NCBI GenBank assembly: GCA_004022145.1
Contig: RCNU01000001.1
Source of the DNA: Paecilomyces variotii
Lineage: Eukaryota
Reading direction: 5' to 3' (one strand)
Length of the DNA: 64,000 nucleotides
Made by a program: the position numbers and the translations under genes. Of the stretch, positions 52,370-63,809 are shown piece after piece (within the stretch, counting starts at the first letter, position 1; each line of letters starts with the position of its first letter). The notes beneath the pieces were generated by a model. It did no database searches and was not told the DNA's origin. It was given only the letters and a program-made list of their open reading frames with translations.

Positions 52370-54767
52370 TCACTCCTCATATGATGGTGGCGGTTGCTCT
52401 AGTGCCTCAAACTCAGCCATCGAAAGATTGTACCCAAGGTGTCGCTTGAGCAACTCATGGGTGGCAAATCGTTCCGCGATATTGCCCTGTGCATCAACAA
52501 ATGAAATACGAGGATTAGCTTCGCTGATCCTCTGTAACTCATTGGCGTGACGATGGTGGTGTAGGGATCCATCTACGCCAATCAAGAATATCGTAACGTG
52601 CACCCAAGGAAGACTCAGGAGATCAAGTTCAAGCTCGTACATGTCAGTCGCCTCTCCATCAAGTATAAGGAGTAACCTTAACATTGGGGTTCTGGGACCG
52701 GCTTGCCATCCATATACGGGATGATACGTTGCCGATTCAGGATACTGTTGGAAATGCAGATCTTTGACTTTCTGCCAACCTGTCATAACTCGAGTCTGTC
52801 CCCCGAATCTGATACTGCCCCATGTCGTTTCAAAGTTCTGTGAGTTAATGAAGCCGATGTAATGAGCTTTGGTTGAGAAGGTGACAAGCTGGTAGCCTCC
52901 AGGGTTGTTATCGTGATTGGCCATTGCATCGGTGAAGCGACGCAGGATAGCTTTGGAGATATCTACGACGCAAAGAGTTAGTCCATCGCTCTGCTGTTCA
53001 GTAAAACTATACCTAGTTACCTTTGCTTTTAGGCTGGGAAGATCTGGAAAAGCCTGTGATAAGATACTGCTCATAATTTGGTCGGATGGGAGCAGTATTC
53101 ATAGACTTCGAGACATCCAATAGAATCACAGTGCTACCAGTAGGGTATTCCGGTGCATCTAGCGCTCTGAAGGGAGTTGGAATGGACTGTTTCGAGTAAC
53201 TATCGGAGGTATGCTGAAGCTTGCAGGTATCGTCGGCAGAGTAGTATGCAGTAGGTGGCACGACTGCGGAACCCATCCTAACGCGAGCCATCTCAATTGT
53301 AGACATGATGTCCGGCTTCATGCCAACTTTAGCTTTTCCGTCTCTGTGGTTCAGAACCCAGTATAAGCGTTCCTCTGCGGTGTTTTCAAATCCTCGCCAA
53401 GAAGGTGTAATCCCTCTCCATCCAGTTGGCGCATCAATCTTAAACTTTAGCGGATGCGAAGCTAGATTCGCCCAGGCAGATGGAACAGGCTCGAAATATC
53501 CTGCTCGAAGTAGTTGAAGGTATTGAATCGGACGATTGGCTCGAAGGTTTGCTATTGCTTGAGCAACTCCAATCCTTTCTTGGTACGTTGCCGCAATCTG
53601 TCGTGATTCTTGGTCTGGCCATCGACCAGACTCTTCTTCCAGGATCGCGTTTCGTAACTCTCGGCCACGCGAGGACAACTTTTCCTCTGCGGACTTAATC
53701 GAGAAGGCTCTTTTGGCCCTTTTCAGACCTTTAAACTTGGATTGCTTATCGCCTTCAGCATTCCCAACGGCGAGAGATGAAGGAATATTGTGTGAATTCC
53801 TGTCATCAAATCGACCCGACGAGCTGGTGGCAATGGTACTACTTGGCATTAAAGGGCCTAAGTGATCGATTTCCCAGATATTTAACTGTGGCTCTTTAGA
53901 GTCAACAGCAGCCTGTGCCTGCACATTCAGCGATAAATTCAGCTGTGCAGTCTGTTGAAGAGCCAGGGTATAATAATCCGGCCGAGGCACTGGTTCGCCA
54001 TAGTCGCTAGAACCATATGGAGAGACCACACGGCTATATGGGTTGTTGCTAAATAGGATTGATTGGTAGCAGTCATGATATTCTTTCTCCCCTATACGAA
54101 ATGAGATGTCAGATTGTGTCAAAGAATAAGTCGGTCTCCTGAGCCCTTTCTAACCTGGATACATGACTGTTTTTGACCACAAGTCTTGGACGCCAAGCCG
54201 TTCTAATTTCCGGGCCCTATATTGGTGAATAGAGCAGTTACAGTCGATGAATGAATCATGTTCTGGCTCAATGTCACTATTGTAAATGCGATGTTTAAGT
54301 TGAACGCTCTGTAGCATGTTCCACATCTCTTGCTACAAAGCCAAAAGACATTAGCTCGTGTCTCGAAGAATCTCGGAATGGAGCAGATTGGACCTCATCT
54401 CGAGCGCGGATATTTGCAGCTTCGATGACTTTATTCGTGTGAGACCGACGCTGTAATTCGCTTACGGTGTTTAACGAGGCATACGCTGGAGGAGCGTCAT
54501 CTCGAGTGTCGATCTCCTCGTTAAGGCCCCTGTGGTTGGCCATGCGAGATATTGGCCTGTTCGAATTATTGTTTGGGGTTTCATAGAATCTATCCAGGGC
54601 CTCGTTGATGCTATCTGCCCCCTTTAAAGTAAAACAGAATGAGTCTCTGGATAGTGAAGAAAGCAGCAGCATAACTTTCTTACCTCTAAGAACACGAAAG
54701 CCTGTTCTTCACTAACCTCTGGAGCGAATGACATGAACTTTCTTATATCTTCTTCTGAGGGTACCAT
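52370..54767 (-). CDS. Uncharacterised multi-exon protein: N-terminal UBA-like segment and C-terminal vWA-like domain
   Basis: A manual splice path joins the exon at 54767-54684, ORF 54295-54672 (part), two small exons, ORF 53013-54122 and ORF 52370-53074 in frame. Motifs VILLDVSKSM (DxSxS), LLLILDGE, IFLIGV. Confidence 0.65.
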
Positions 54768-55683
54768 GGCGAGAAGAACGCAAGTGCCTATCTTATCTAC
54801 CGGAGTCTTCAAGAGTCCATCATAAGAACATCGAGATGCTCTCAACTCTTGTTGTGTTTTGCAACCCGCACCTGTATGGTACTCGTAACACCTATCAGCC
54901 TCTTCGATGGTGCGGGCTGTGCAGTTCCTGCTTCGTGAAGCTCTCAGTCCCTAATTACTGTCTTGTCATGTGATGATATCAAGCCACTTGAGTTCAGTCC
55001 ACCAATTAGCCCAACACCTTACGGAACGTGCCGACAACATCTCCCAACGCTAATTTCGATTGAAAATGCGATTCTATTTATCTTTATTTCTCCCAAGATA
55101 TCAATTTACATAGTATAAATAGCTTCTATGCATGATATGCGACTAACTGTAGCAAGAGGCAACTGGGGTGCATTAGCGTATACTCACTTGTTCCCAATTC
55201 GCGCAAACTTGATGACTTCAAACAGAAATCGTGATACAACATAATCTTCCTTTGTTGATCTAGTCAAGACCCCGATCATGATTTAATGCAGGATCTTTGA
55301 ACAATTGACCATGAAAATGGACGTTGCTGCGATACAAGACGCTCTCGTGGTGTAGCAAAGCTAAATCTTGGAGCTGATGAAGATGCTTGATTGTCCAACT
55401 ATCTAGGGGCTCGATCGAGCTGATCTATCTGGCTACTACTCTGCTGACTACTTAAGCTGGCTGCTGGCGCGGGCGACCACCCTGCAACCACCACTACTGG
55501 AGCCCCTAAGTAGGGGCACCGAAACTAAATTAAATACACTGCCGTCGGCCATAACTTTACGATGCCTATCAAGGCCTCCCATGTGGTCCAGCCTTTCGCA
55601 GAAAACATGTCGAAAATAAGTATTATTAATTATATGATGACTTGGTTTATACAATAGTTAGAACCGTGAAGAAATAATACCGC

Positions 55684-56927
55684 CTATTCCCCATCTAGTA
55701 TTCGATAAATAGCTTCAACTTCTGGGACCTTCTTCTTAAATTCGGCCTTGGTCTCCTGCCAAACACGCTGCTGCGCTGCACGACCAGATTTCCTCTCCAT
55801 GAAAGGCGGATACCTGAATTCAATAGCTTATTAGGTAAATCCGGCAAGGATGCAGAAAGTAACAGCACTTACGGTGATAGGTCGTAGTCTATAACAATTT
55901 TCCCATGTGTATTTTCGGTTGCTGAAACTCCATTTACAAGCGCAGTAGCGCAAGTCATTGGATCCCTCGCTGAAAAGTCCATGATCAACCTTGGAATTAA
56001 CTTTGCCTGGTTCGGATTCGTCAAGGGTGTCCACGCAGAGCCGGGATCTGCGGAATTGACTGTGACTTTCTGTATGCCCCGTTCTTGCGCCCTCGAGATT
56101 CGGTTTGCGAGTTCGCGTGCGAAGTAGAGCAACAGGGCTTTCGAACGGCCGTACTGATGGGCTTGAATCATGCCGTCTTTGGTGTTATTGAGGTGTCCAA
56201 GATATGAGCCGGTCTTCGGGACGGACATAGTGAGTGACGAAGGATAGACCCCGAATGTTGTCGTAAAAGTCAGAACTGGAGAGGCTGGATTCGATGGTGA
56301 AGATTTGAGCAGTGGGAGCAGAAGAAGGGCGAGGAGCGCAGTAGACAGGAAGTTAACTTGAATAGCTAGATATATTAGACACTCAGTTAATTTTCCATCA
56401 TATAGAGGAAGGAGATAAACGATAGTAAGAAGCATGGAGGAAAACGTACATGATTCCCATCCTTCGGGCGACTTGCGGGGTTTAAAGGCGAGAATGCCTG
56501 CAGTCATCAAAACATGGTCGAGGCTCTTGAGTTCACGTGCTTTCTTTGCTAAGGCTTGACAGCTACTATACGAGAGCATGTCAACTTGCCAAACCAGAAT
56601 ATTAGGCTTGTTTGGGCCTGAAATATCAGCCAGAATCTTCGACTTCACGCCTTCACAGTCTTTGACGTCAACGAGGACAAGAGTGTCAACACCGCGATTC
56701 GCTATTAAGCTTGCAGCGCGAGAACCGAACGCGCCATTTGCCCCTGTGATAAGGACTGTCTTGCCTTGGAAGGACTTTGCTGTTACTGTGAGCTTGGCAT
56801 TTCGCTGTTTGTACAGATTGCGCCATGGGAAGACCTCCGCGAGTAGCAATGGTGCGGCGATAGAGATGACAACAACAGCGGTAGCTGTAACAATTGGCCA
56901 GTAGTAACCAGCCATCTCAGTTCCCAT
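55684..56927 (-). CDS. Membrane-anchored SDR (retinol dehydrogenase-like)
   Basis: N-terminal TM helix; TGANGAFG; QVNFLST; YGRSK; ADPG; last exon ends AIYRILDGE at stop 55684. Confidence 0.85.
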
Positions 56928-57249
56928 AGATTACACGCGTTCCCAGGGGTGTTGACGTGTCAAGAGACAACCAATATGGGTAACCGTGTATCAACGGGGA
57001 GTATAAATAGGTTTTAAGCTACGGTAGTTCGGGGCTCGGGACACGACCGATCTCGGTCACCCCATTAAAGCTAGTTGGCTACCTAAGTTACGGCATTTAA
57101 ATAAAGTTAAGCTATAGCATCAAAGTCACTAAATAAGCCTAGATGACGAGGAGGGAGAAACGATCTCCTTCTACGAAAGAAAGCATCGATCTCACCGCAA
57201 ACCTCCCGCTCTCAGCGACGTTGCGCAGCGCATTAAGACTTAGAGCGAG

Positions 57250-57778
57250 CCGATGGTCTATCATTGGTAAAATGCTTTTGGGGGCTTTCTCGTTAGTATC
57301 ATCAGCGGTTCATGCTATTTCGTTCTTCAACTCGAGACTTCCTATTAAAAGTCCCGATGCTGTCTACGGAGACATGCCTGGAGAGAAAGGTATTATTTTT
57401 GGACAAAATACTCTCTCTCAACAAGGCAATGTCAATTGACCAGCCTGGTAGCATCATCACCTATCCTCGATAATATTTCTATCATATATGACACTGTAAA
57501 GTATAACGAATCCCTTTTGAAAGAGAATGTTTATAAGAAAGCTCCCGCGCCCGATGTTGACGGGGTTTGGGATGCACTCGTGATACAAAGTTAGCGTTTT
57601 TTTTTTTATTCGGAATTTAGGAAAGCTGTAAGAATGTTCGTCTCGAAAGGTAGTCCGTTAATTGTCCCGAAAGATCAAGGTGAGAAATATGGTCTTTCAA
57701 AAAGCCGTGTTAGAGGAAGACCGCAGGTTGGCGGTGGATATCCCTTATTTGGAAGCCATGCATCATCTTCATTGTCTG
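57250..57778 (+). pseudogene. DUF3328/UstYa-family oxidase relic, N-terminal half
   Basis: SPILDNISIIYDTVKYNESLLKENVYKKAPAPDVDGVWDAL, then IVPKDQGEKYGL..VGGGYP, a frameshift, YLEAMHHLHCL, and a GTAAG donor at 57779; no continuation after the intron. Confidence 0.8.
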
Positions 57779-58601
57779 GTAAGACACCGTATGCCTACTA
57801 GCACTTACTACGCCATGACGAAGAGCTATATGTGGTCAACTAACTTTCTGAAAGGGAATGACTGAACTGTACCTTCGTCTTGAAAATGATAGGACTCGAT
57901 AGTTCTTGTGACCAGCTTAAGAAGACGGAAGTGAAGTTAGAGAGCGGGTAAGACTGCAGCAAAAGACAATAGTAAGATTGATGCTGAGTCTGTACTTTAC
58001 GTGACGTTCTTGAACCAGCCCCCGATATCCCTGTGAGTGACGCTCGGTTAGTGTCGGTAGTGATCATGTGTAGCTCTGGCACAGCCTGATTCGGGCCAGT
58101 ACTATATAATATAATTAAGCCTTTGGTTTGAAAGGCTTATTTTCAGAGCTGTACTACGATGCCAGCAGCAGCAGGATTTTAGGGTATTTCCAATCCGACG
58201 GATAATGGACCGACCCGCGGTTATGTCCAGGTACACTGCCAGCAATCTACAGAACAGCGATCGGTAGTTATTGGTGGACCATGAGCAGGATAGAAGCAAG
58301 ACAATTGGTTCCTGGTCAATTCAGGATCAAGGAACAATCTAGAGATTTATAATCACATTGATACTTATGTGGGTTTTGTTCGGCCCGTTCACCAGGAGAT
58401 TTGCCGATAACAAGCTGTCATCGTCTCTAAATGCCGAATCGCTTTTATCTCCGAGCCGGCGGGGTATCAAGCGCTAGGAACAGCCATTTCGAGGGCGTCT
58501 TCTCTTTTATTTAAAGGTCTCTCAGTACGAGGCTTTATGTAGAGAGGCATGCACTCTTAAGGAACCATCTTGTTCACAGAGATACTCGATACTGTGGCAG
58601 A

Positions 58602-59696
58602 ATGGCGGAATTCGAAGCTTCTAAGTTGTTCTCCGTGAAGGGATTGGTGGCTGTCGTCACCGGAGGAGGAAGTGGTGAGCATTGTCTTTCAGTTGCTGCT
58701 ATATTGGACCTCTATGAAATGAGACATTGATACTCCTGAGGTGTTTTATGTCTACTTATTGTATCCCCTGTTGATACCCTTACGTGCTATAGAAGTGATG
58801 AACACAAACAGCTTAGTTTGAGAGTATGACCCGATGTTAACAGCTGATATTAAGGTCTCGGGGCTGTAATGGCACGCGCTCTTGATGCCAATGGCGCTTC
58901 CAAGGTGTTTATTCTCGGCCGCCGTGAGCAGAACTTGAAGGATGTCGCCGCGCAAGCGATCAACAAATCTATCATCCCTATCACGGCAGACGTGACTTCC
59001 AAGGAGTCCCTCCAAGCAGCTTACGATACCATCGCAAAGCAGACCGATTATGTCGATCTTCTTGTCGCCAATAGCGGTATTATGGGTCCCAGCATTAGCC
59101 CTGGTCAACCAGGGACACCTGCTGGTACACAAACCTTGTCCGAACTTCGTGATCATCTTTGGGCAACACCGATAGAAGATTTCTCCAGCGTATTCAACGT
59201 CAATATCAGCGGCACCTTCTACACTGTTCTCGCTTTCATTCCTCTCCTGCAAGCCGCACTCGAGAAGAGACCAGCTCCCGTACCTGGAAAGCTGTCCCCA
59301 CCTAAGCCGCAGGTCATCATCACCAGCTCCATCGGCGGCTTCTCTCGCATCGCTGCGTTCTCACCCGCGTATAGTATGTCGAAAGCTGCGACCAATCATA
59401 TGGTCAAATCTCTATCCACAATGCTGGTCAAACATGACATCCGCGTGAACGGTATCGCGCCTGGTCTGTATTACTCTGACATGGCGGCCCCAGCATTCCA
59501 AGCGTACAATGCTGTTGGTGGTGGTGTTTCGGACGGATCGATCCCTCGCGAGTTTGTTCCAATCGCAAGAGGAGGCGCTTCAGAGGATATTGCTGGTATC
59601 ATCGTGTGGATGGCTGGTGCTGCTGGTGGTTACATGAGTGGCAATATTGTTGTTAGTGACGGAGGCAGATTGAGCATGGTGCCGTCGTCGTATTAA
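58602..59696 (+). CDS. Short-chain dehydrogenase/reductase
   Basis: MAEFEASKLFSVKGLVAVVTGGGS|GLG (intron ~58676-58855); ANSG; TSSIGG; YSMSK; VNGIAPG; SDGGRL. Confidence 0.9.
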
Positions 59697-59971
59697 ATGA
59701 CGAAATGGAAAGCAATTCATACTCTTCTATTGCATGTATAAAGACGCCGACATACGATATAGGATCTAGATTCTAATGGGAGATGAAACTTTCAACGGTT
59801 TGATATTCCATTCAGGCATCAACTCCGTTAAATGAAAATCAACGACCCAAGCCCTGGTTAAAGTATAGGTCTACGGTAACTATCTCATCCAAGACGTCAT
59901 CACTCGCTCTAACTGTGAAGATCGATTCTCCATCCCGCATCCACCTGCTCCCTCAGCTGACGATCACTCAC

Positions 59972-60276
59972 TCAGTCGCAGATAGCTTCACAGTTCTTAC
60001 ATTGACGCTTCGTGTGAAATCTGGATAGTTTCCGTAATCTCGGACCCAGAATTGGCTGAAGATATTGAGGTCATCCTTGCATATGAGTTGCTAGCGAAGG
60101 ATATCAAGGCAATTTCCTGAACTTGTACGGTCAGCCCAGGCCAAGGAGTAGAATCAATATTTGCTGTTTTGTGAAACTAATAGTGTACCTGCGTGAGGAT
60201 GGAGTCGCAAATGATCCCCTTTCGCTCTTTCAGATCGTATTCACAGTTCTAATAAGAAGTCCGGCGGAGTAGGTTG
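59972..60276 (-). pseudogene. DUF3328/UstYa-family oxidase relic, C-terminal half
   Basis: Minus strand reads NLLRRTSY*NCEY..ILTQVH, then GNCLDILR*QLICKDDLNIFSQFWV..YPDFT, frameshift, KRQCKNCEAICD*. This matches the family pattern NLLRQ..HCLDILRQQLMC..PDF..H.C.NFEAI with stops. Confidence 0.72.
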
Positions 60277-61284
60277 TGTCATTTGCGTCTAGGGTTAATA
60301 TCCGAAGTGCTCAATCAACAAGCATGCAAGGTAAGTCGACCCCCGCGGGAACTCCTACTCGCTTTGAAATCTCGATAGGATAATATAATGCCACGTGCTT
60401 GCCTATTATCGGAGTGCTCAGCAAACTTATGGTAGATACGAAGGATGAATGGTTCACGTCGGTTCCCTGAGATAAAGGCCAGGGTTATGTATAGGACCTA
60501 GAACTCGAAGTCTATATCCACGTGCGATGCTTTTTAGTCGTCACCTTTTCCTATATCCTCCATTTGCAACAGGTTCTTCGGCTACCTTCATTATGGAATC
60601 GAAACTACAGGATTATTAGCGATTTGGGTTCTTTGTATGCTCAGGAGATGAATCTGCAACTAGTCGATACCGCCAGATTTCCCATATGTATAGTTATTTG
60701 CTTCCGTGCCATTTAATATTCGACATATAACCATTATGCATAGAAGTCAATAAATAGCAGTCCTTCCTCTTAAGTAACCGCAGAAACTCACAGTGTGTTT
60801 ATGGTTCTGCTGACAACGAAATCAGTAGGTAATAGTGAAATGTCGGATTATGAGGACACAGACAACTCCACAGCCGTCGGATGGCCCTGTCAGCCTTCTC
60901 CACCATGTCCCGCATCCCTACTGACAGGAGCTGAGCTGCCCATTGCCGAGCTCTAATAGTTATCGTGTGGATTGATTTGTCACATCGGGAGCTGCAACAG
61001 GCGGGGTGCGGGGTAGATGTGTTGATGCGAACTTTGTATGCGCATCTGTAGCTTCTCTTGTTATACTTAGATGTTGCCGGTGCGAAGCAGACATACGGTT
61101 TTTACGAGTCTGCGATGTAGATAGCCGGCAGTTAATGTGTCATATTCATTCGTACTTTTATTGTTCGTTATAAAATGATATATACATTCCAAGGTTTTGA
61201 AAATAGACCTGCTAAGCATTGCATGATCGTCACCACGTAATCGTTGTGGTTAGGGCCCCTGCAAAGCTTCCAATTATCTTTCCC

Positions 61285-61848
61285 TCACAACTTCCCCGCC
61301 TTCTTAGCAGTGTAAGCAGCGATGAGATCCATAAGGGTCGGCGACAGTGTATCGTATGTCTCCAACCCCACAGACTTGAACTTGCCGCGGACCTCGCCCA
61401 TACGGTCCGGGTTGAAGCCCTGCTCGATGATAGAGGAAACGAAGGCAGCAAATTGAGGCTCCTGCCAGCCCTTCTTGTCGGACAACTCGACGTGAACGAA
61501 GTCGAGACCCTTAAAGGGATGGTCGATCTCGATGCGACCGAACAGGTGCACTCCACACTTCTTGCATCGGTTTCGCTGGATGGCGGCGCTCTTGTCGACG
61601 ATCTCGAGCTTTTCTGGGTGAGCAGTCACAGTGACCTTCTCCTTCGGAATGACTCCGACAACCGAGAAGAGAGATCCTTCGGGTTTCCAGCACTTAGAGC
61701 ATCCGCATGCGTGGTTGTGAGCGACATTTCCACCCAGAGTCACTTCGACTTTGTCACTGGGGCAGTGGCAGTACAGCTTTCCACCGTTGAAGTTGGGGTC
61801 ACCCTTGGTGATGCCGTTGTCGATAAGAGGGTGGAGGTGAAGGGCCAT
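61285..61848 (-). CDS. gfa: Glutathione-dependent formaldehyde-activating enzyme (S-(hydroxymethyl)glutathione synthase)
   Basis: Intronless from ATG 61848 ([12 protein letters not shown]); [23 protein letters not shown] zinc ligands; [26 protein letters not shown]. Confidence 0.93.
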   Translation of the reverse strand: MALHLHPLIDNGITKGDPNFNGGKLYCHCPSDKVEVTLGGNVAHNHACGCSKCWKPEGSLFSVVGVIPKEKVTVTAHPEKLEIVDKSAAIQRNRCKKCGVHLFGRIEIDHPFKGLDFVHVELSDKKGWQEPQFAAFVSSIIEQGFNPDRMGEVRGKFKSVGLETYDTLSPTLMDLIAAYTAKKAGKL

Positions 61849-62039
61849 TTTGGGGACTTGTATAGCCTTATGTTTCCTTGACGATGATTGGACTCCGGAT
61901 TGTATAGCGTGCTCACAAGGTAGACAAAGATTGATTCTGGAACTGTTCGTCAAGGACCTTGGGAGTCATGGTGAGACGGTATATATATGTCCAGCTCGGG
62001 CCCATCTCGGGCCCAACTCCCGTCATGTCTGAAGTACAC

Positions 62040-62291
62040 CTGATGCGGAGTAAAGATCCAGCTCTTGAGGCATCATCTTCGTTCTAGTCCAGAAACAGTA
62101 TCATTTCGCGTATGTCATCTCTTGCGGTGTTTGATTTGGAGAACGCGGGCGCGACAAGATACCTATCCGTTCACTGCGGGGCTTTCGGATACAAATTACT
62201 CCGCATCAGAGATACAGAGTACTTTCGAGAGTACAAGAATTATTAATCAAACAGGTCCGACTCCTCATCGCGACGTGGTTATACTCCGCAT
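62040..62291. promoter_or_regulatory. Repeated ATGCGGAGTA motif upstream of gfa (14-bp inverted pair plus a third copy)
   Basis: CTGATGCGGAGTAA at 62040-62053, its exact reverse complement at 62196-62209, and TACTCCGCAT at 62282-62291. Confidence 0.6.
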
Positions 62292-63496
62292 GGGCACAAA
62301 AATCTCGCAGAGGTTTCTCGGGATTGCGTGCTCAATAATGGCGGTATTTGGTATCTTCTGGAGGGACTTCTCGGGCAATGAAAGTCGTATGCTGATTCGC
62401 AGGGTCTCCGAGCAATGAGCATTAACTAACTAGCACATGGACGAATGTGTAAGCCGAAGAACATGGGGCTTGAGAAGATTTATTATTAAGGAAATGGGCG
62501 CCGGGAATGTCCACTTTACCAGACGGGGAAGTATCCCTTCAAAGTTCAGGATTGAAGCATGGAGAATGACCTTCATGTCACTGGCTTCAGGTCACATGAG
62601 ATGTTCCTTGGGAACACAGCTGGTCATTAATCCATTCCGAAGTGTCATGGCTGTTCCTGCGCTCTGCGCTCAGAGATGGAAATGCTGATGGTATGGGTGC
62701 ATTCAGACTAAATAGGTATGCTCCCTTGAATACCCGTGATTAGAAATATACTATTACTGACAAGCATCCTTAGAACGGCTATAGAGAAGCTCAAGATCAG
62801 TAATCAGCATCGCGGATCGGAGCAGATAATTTCGCCGTAGGGCCGGCCCCTATCCGCATTTTTCAGTGATACAGACTTCCCTCTCCCCAAAGCTTTTATC
62901 TCTTTATACATCCAATCATCTGGGTACCAGTCTGTTCTGCAATCGTTCCCATATTCGTTTTTCTATGAGTATCGTCCGAACGGTGGGAGAAAATATTTCT
63001 GAGACCTGATGGTGAGTCCGATACTGCGCAGCTTTCCGATGCAGGGCCTATTCCGGGCTTAATCCTACAAAATCTCTGGTATCGAGCAGATATGGGGATC
63101 CGAAGCGGGAACGCTTTGTTAGTCCTTGATCCGACGTGGCCTGCAGTGATTCGCGAATGAATTGTTAGTTGCCAGAGATCAAAGGTCGTAAATGAATGAC
63201 GGAAGTCGACTAGACGACTAGACCAAAAAGGAGAACTCCTCAGAAGTCTGATCCTAGCTGGATCTAACAATGAATATTGACAGTCTTAGAAGAGGATGCT
63301 AGCGCGCAGGAGAAAAGGGGACTGCCAGCATTTGACATCACAATCACACTCAACGAACCACAACACGAAGTTATTAAACTGGAGGGTATAAACCGTGACG
63401 ACGCTTGTCTCATTCTGGGCAGTATATCTCCTTAGCACGAGCGAGGTCGCCGTCGACCACAGGGCTTGTGGTGTGATTTTCGAAGCGTTCAACCCT

Positions 63497-63497
<1 letters not shown>

Positions 63498-63540
<43 letters not shown>
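63498..63540. repeat. Poly(T) homopolymer, 43 nt (poly(A) on the minus strand)
   Basis: Read directly. Confidence 0.95.
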
Positions 63541-63543
<3 letters not shown>

Positions 63544-63809
63544 CATTAGTTAGTTCGCTCACTCAGACTGCACATGAACCTATGTTGTTTTCTTTTGGGC
63601 ATTTGCTTCTTTTGTTCTAGTTCTACTACTATGGAAGCCCCCAGTTGTTTTTCTGGGCGTTGCTTATACCGTTCTGATTTCACAGCGAACCACCGTGATA
63701 CTCGCACCTCAGCATTTCGTGGTTGGCCGCGGCAGGTCATGGTTTTCATTTTGACTCCAGCAGGGCCTTACTCAAATGAACTCCATAGAACCCCTGACTC
63801 CTCGCTGGT

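Noticed and set aside
61219..61881. 220-aa plus-strand ORF
   Set aside because: Antisense shadow of gfa.
55684..62000. RiPP precursor peptide near the DUF3328 relics
   Set aside because: I found no signal peptide plus KR-delimited tandem repeat ORF in the window.
63286..63546. Poly-Lys ORF
   Set aside because: Artefact of translating the homopolymer.
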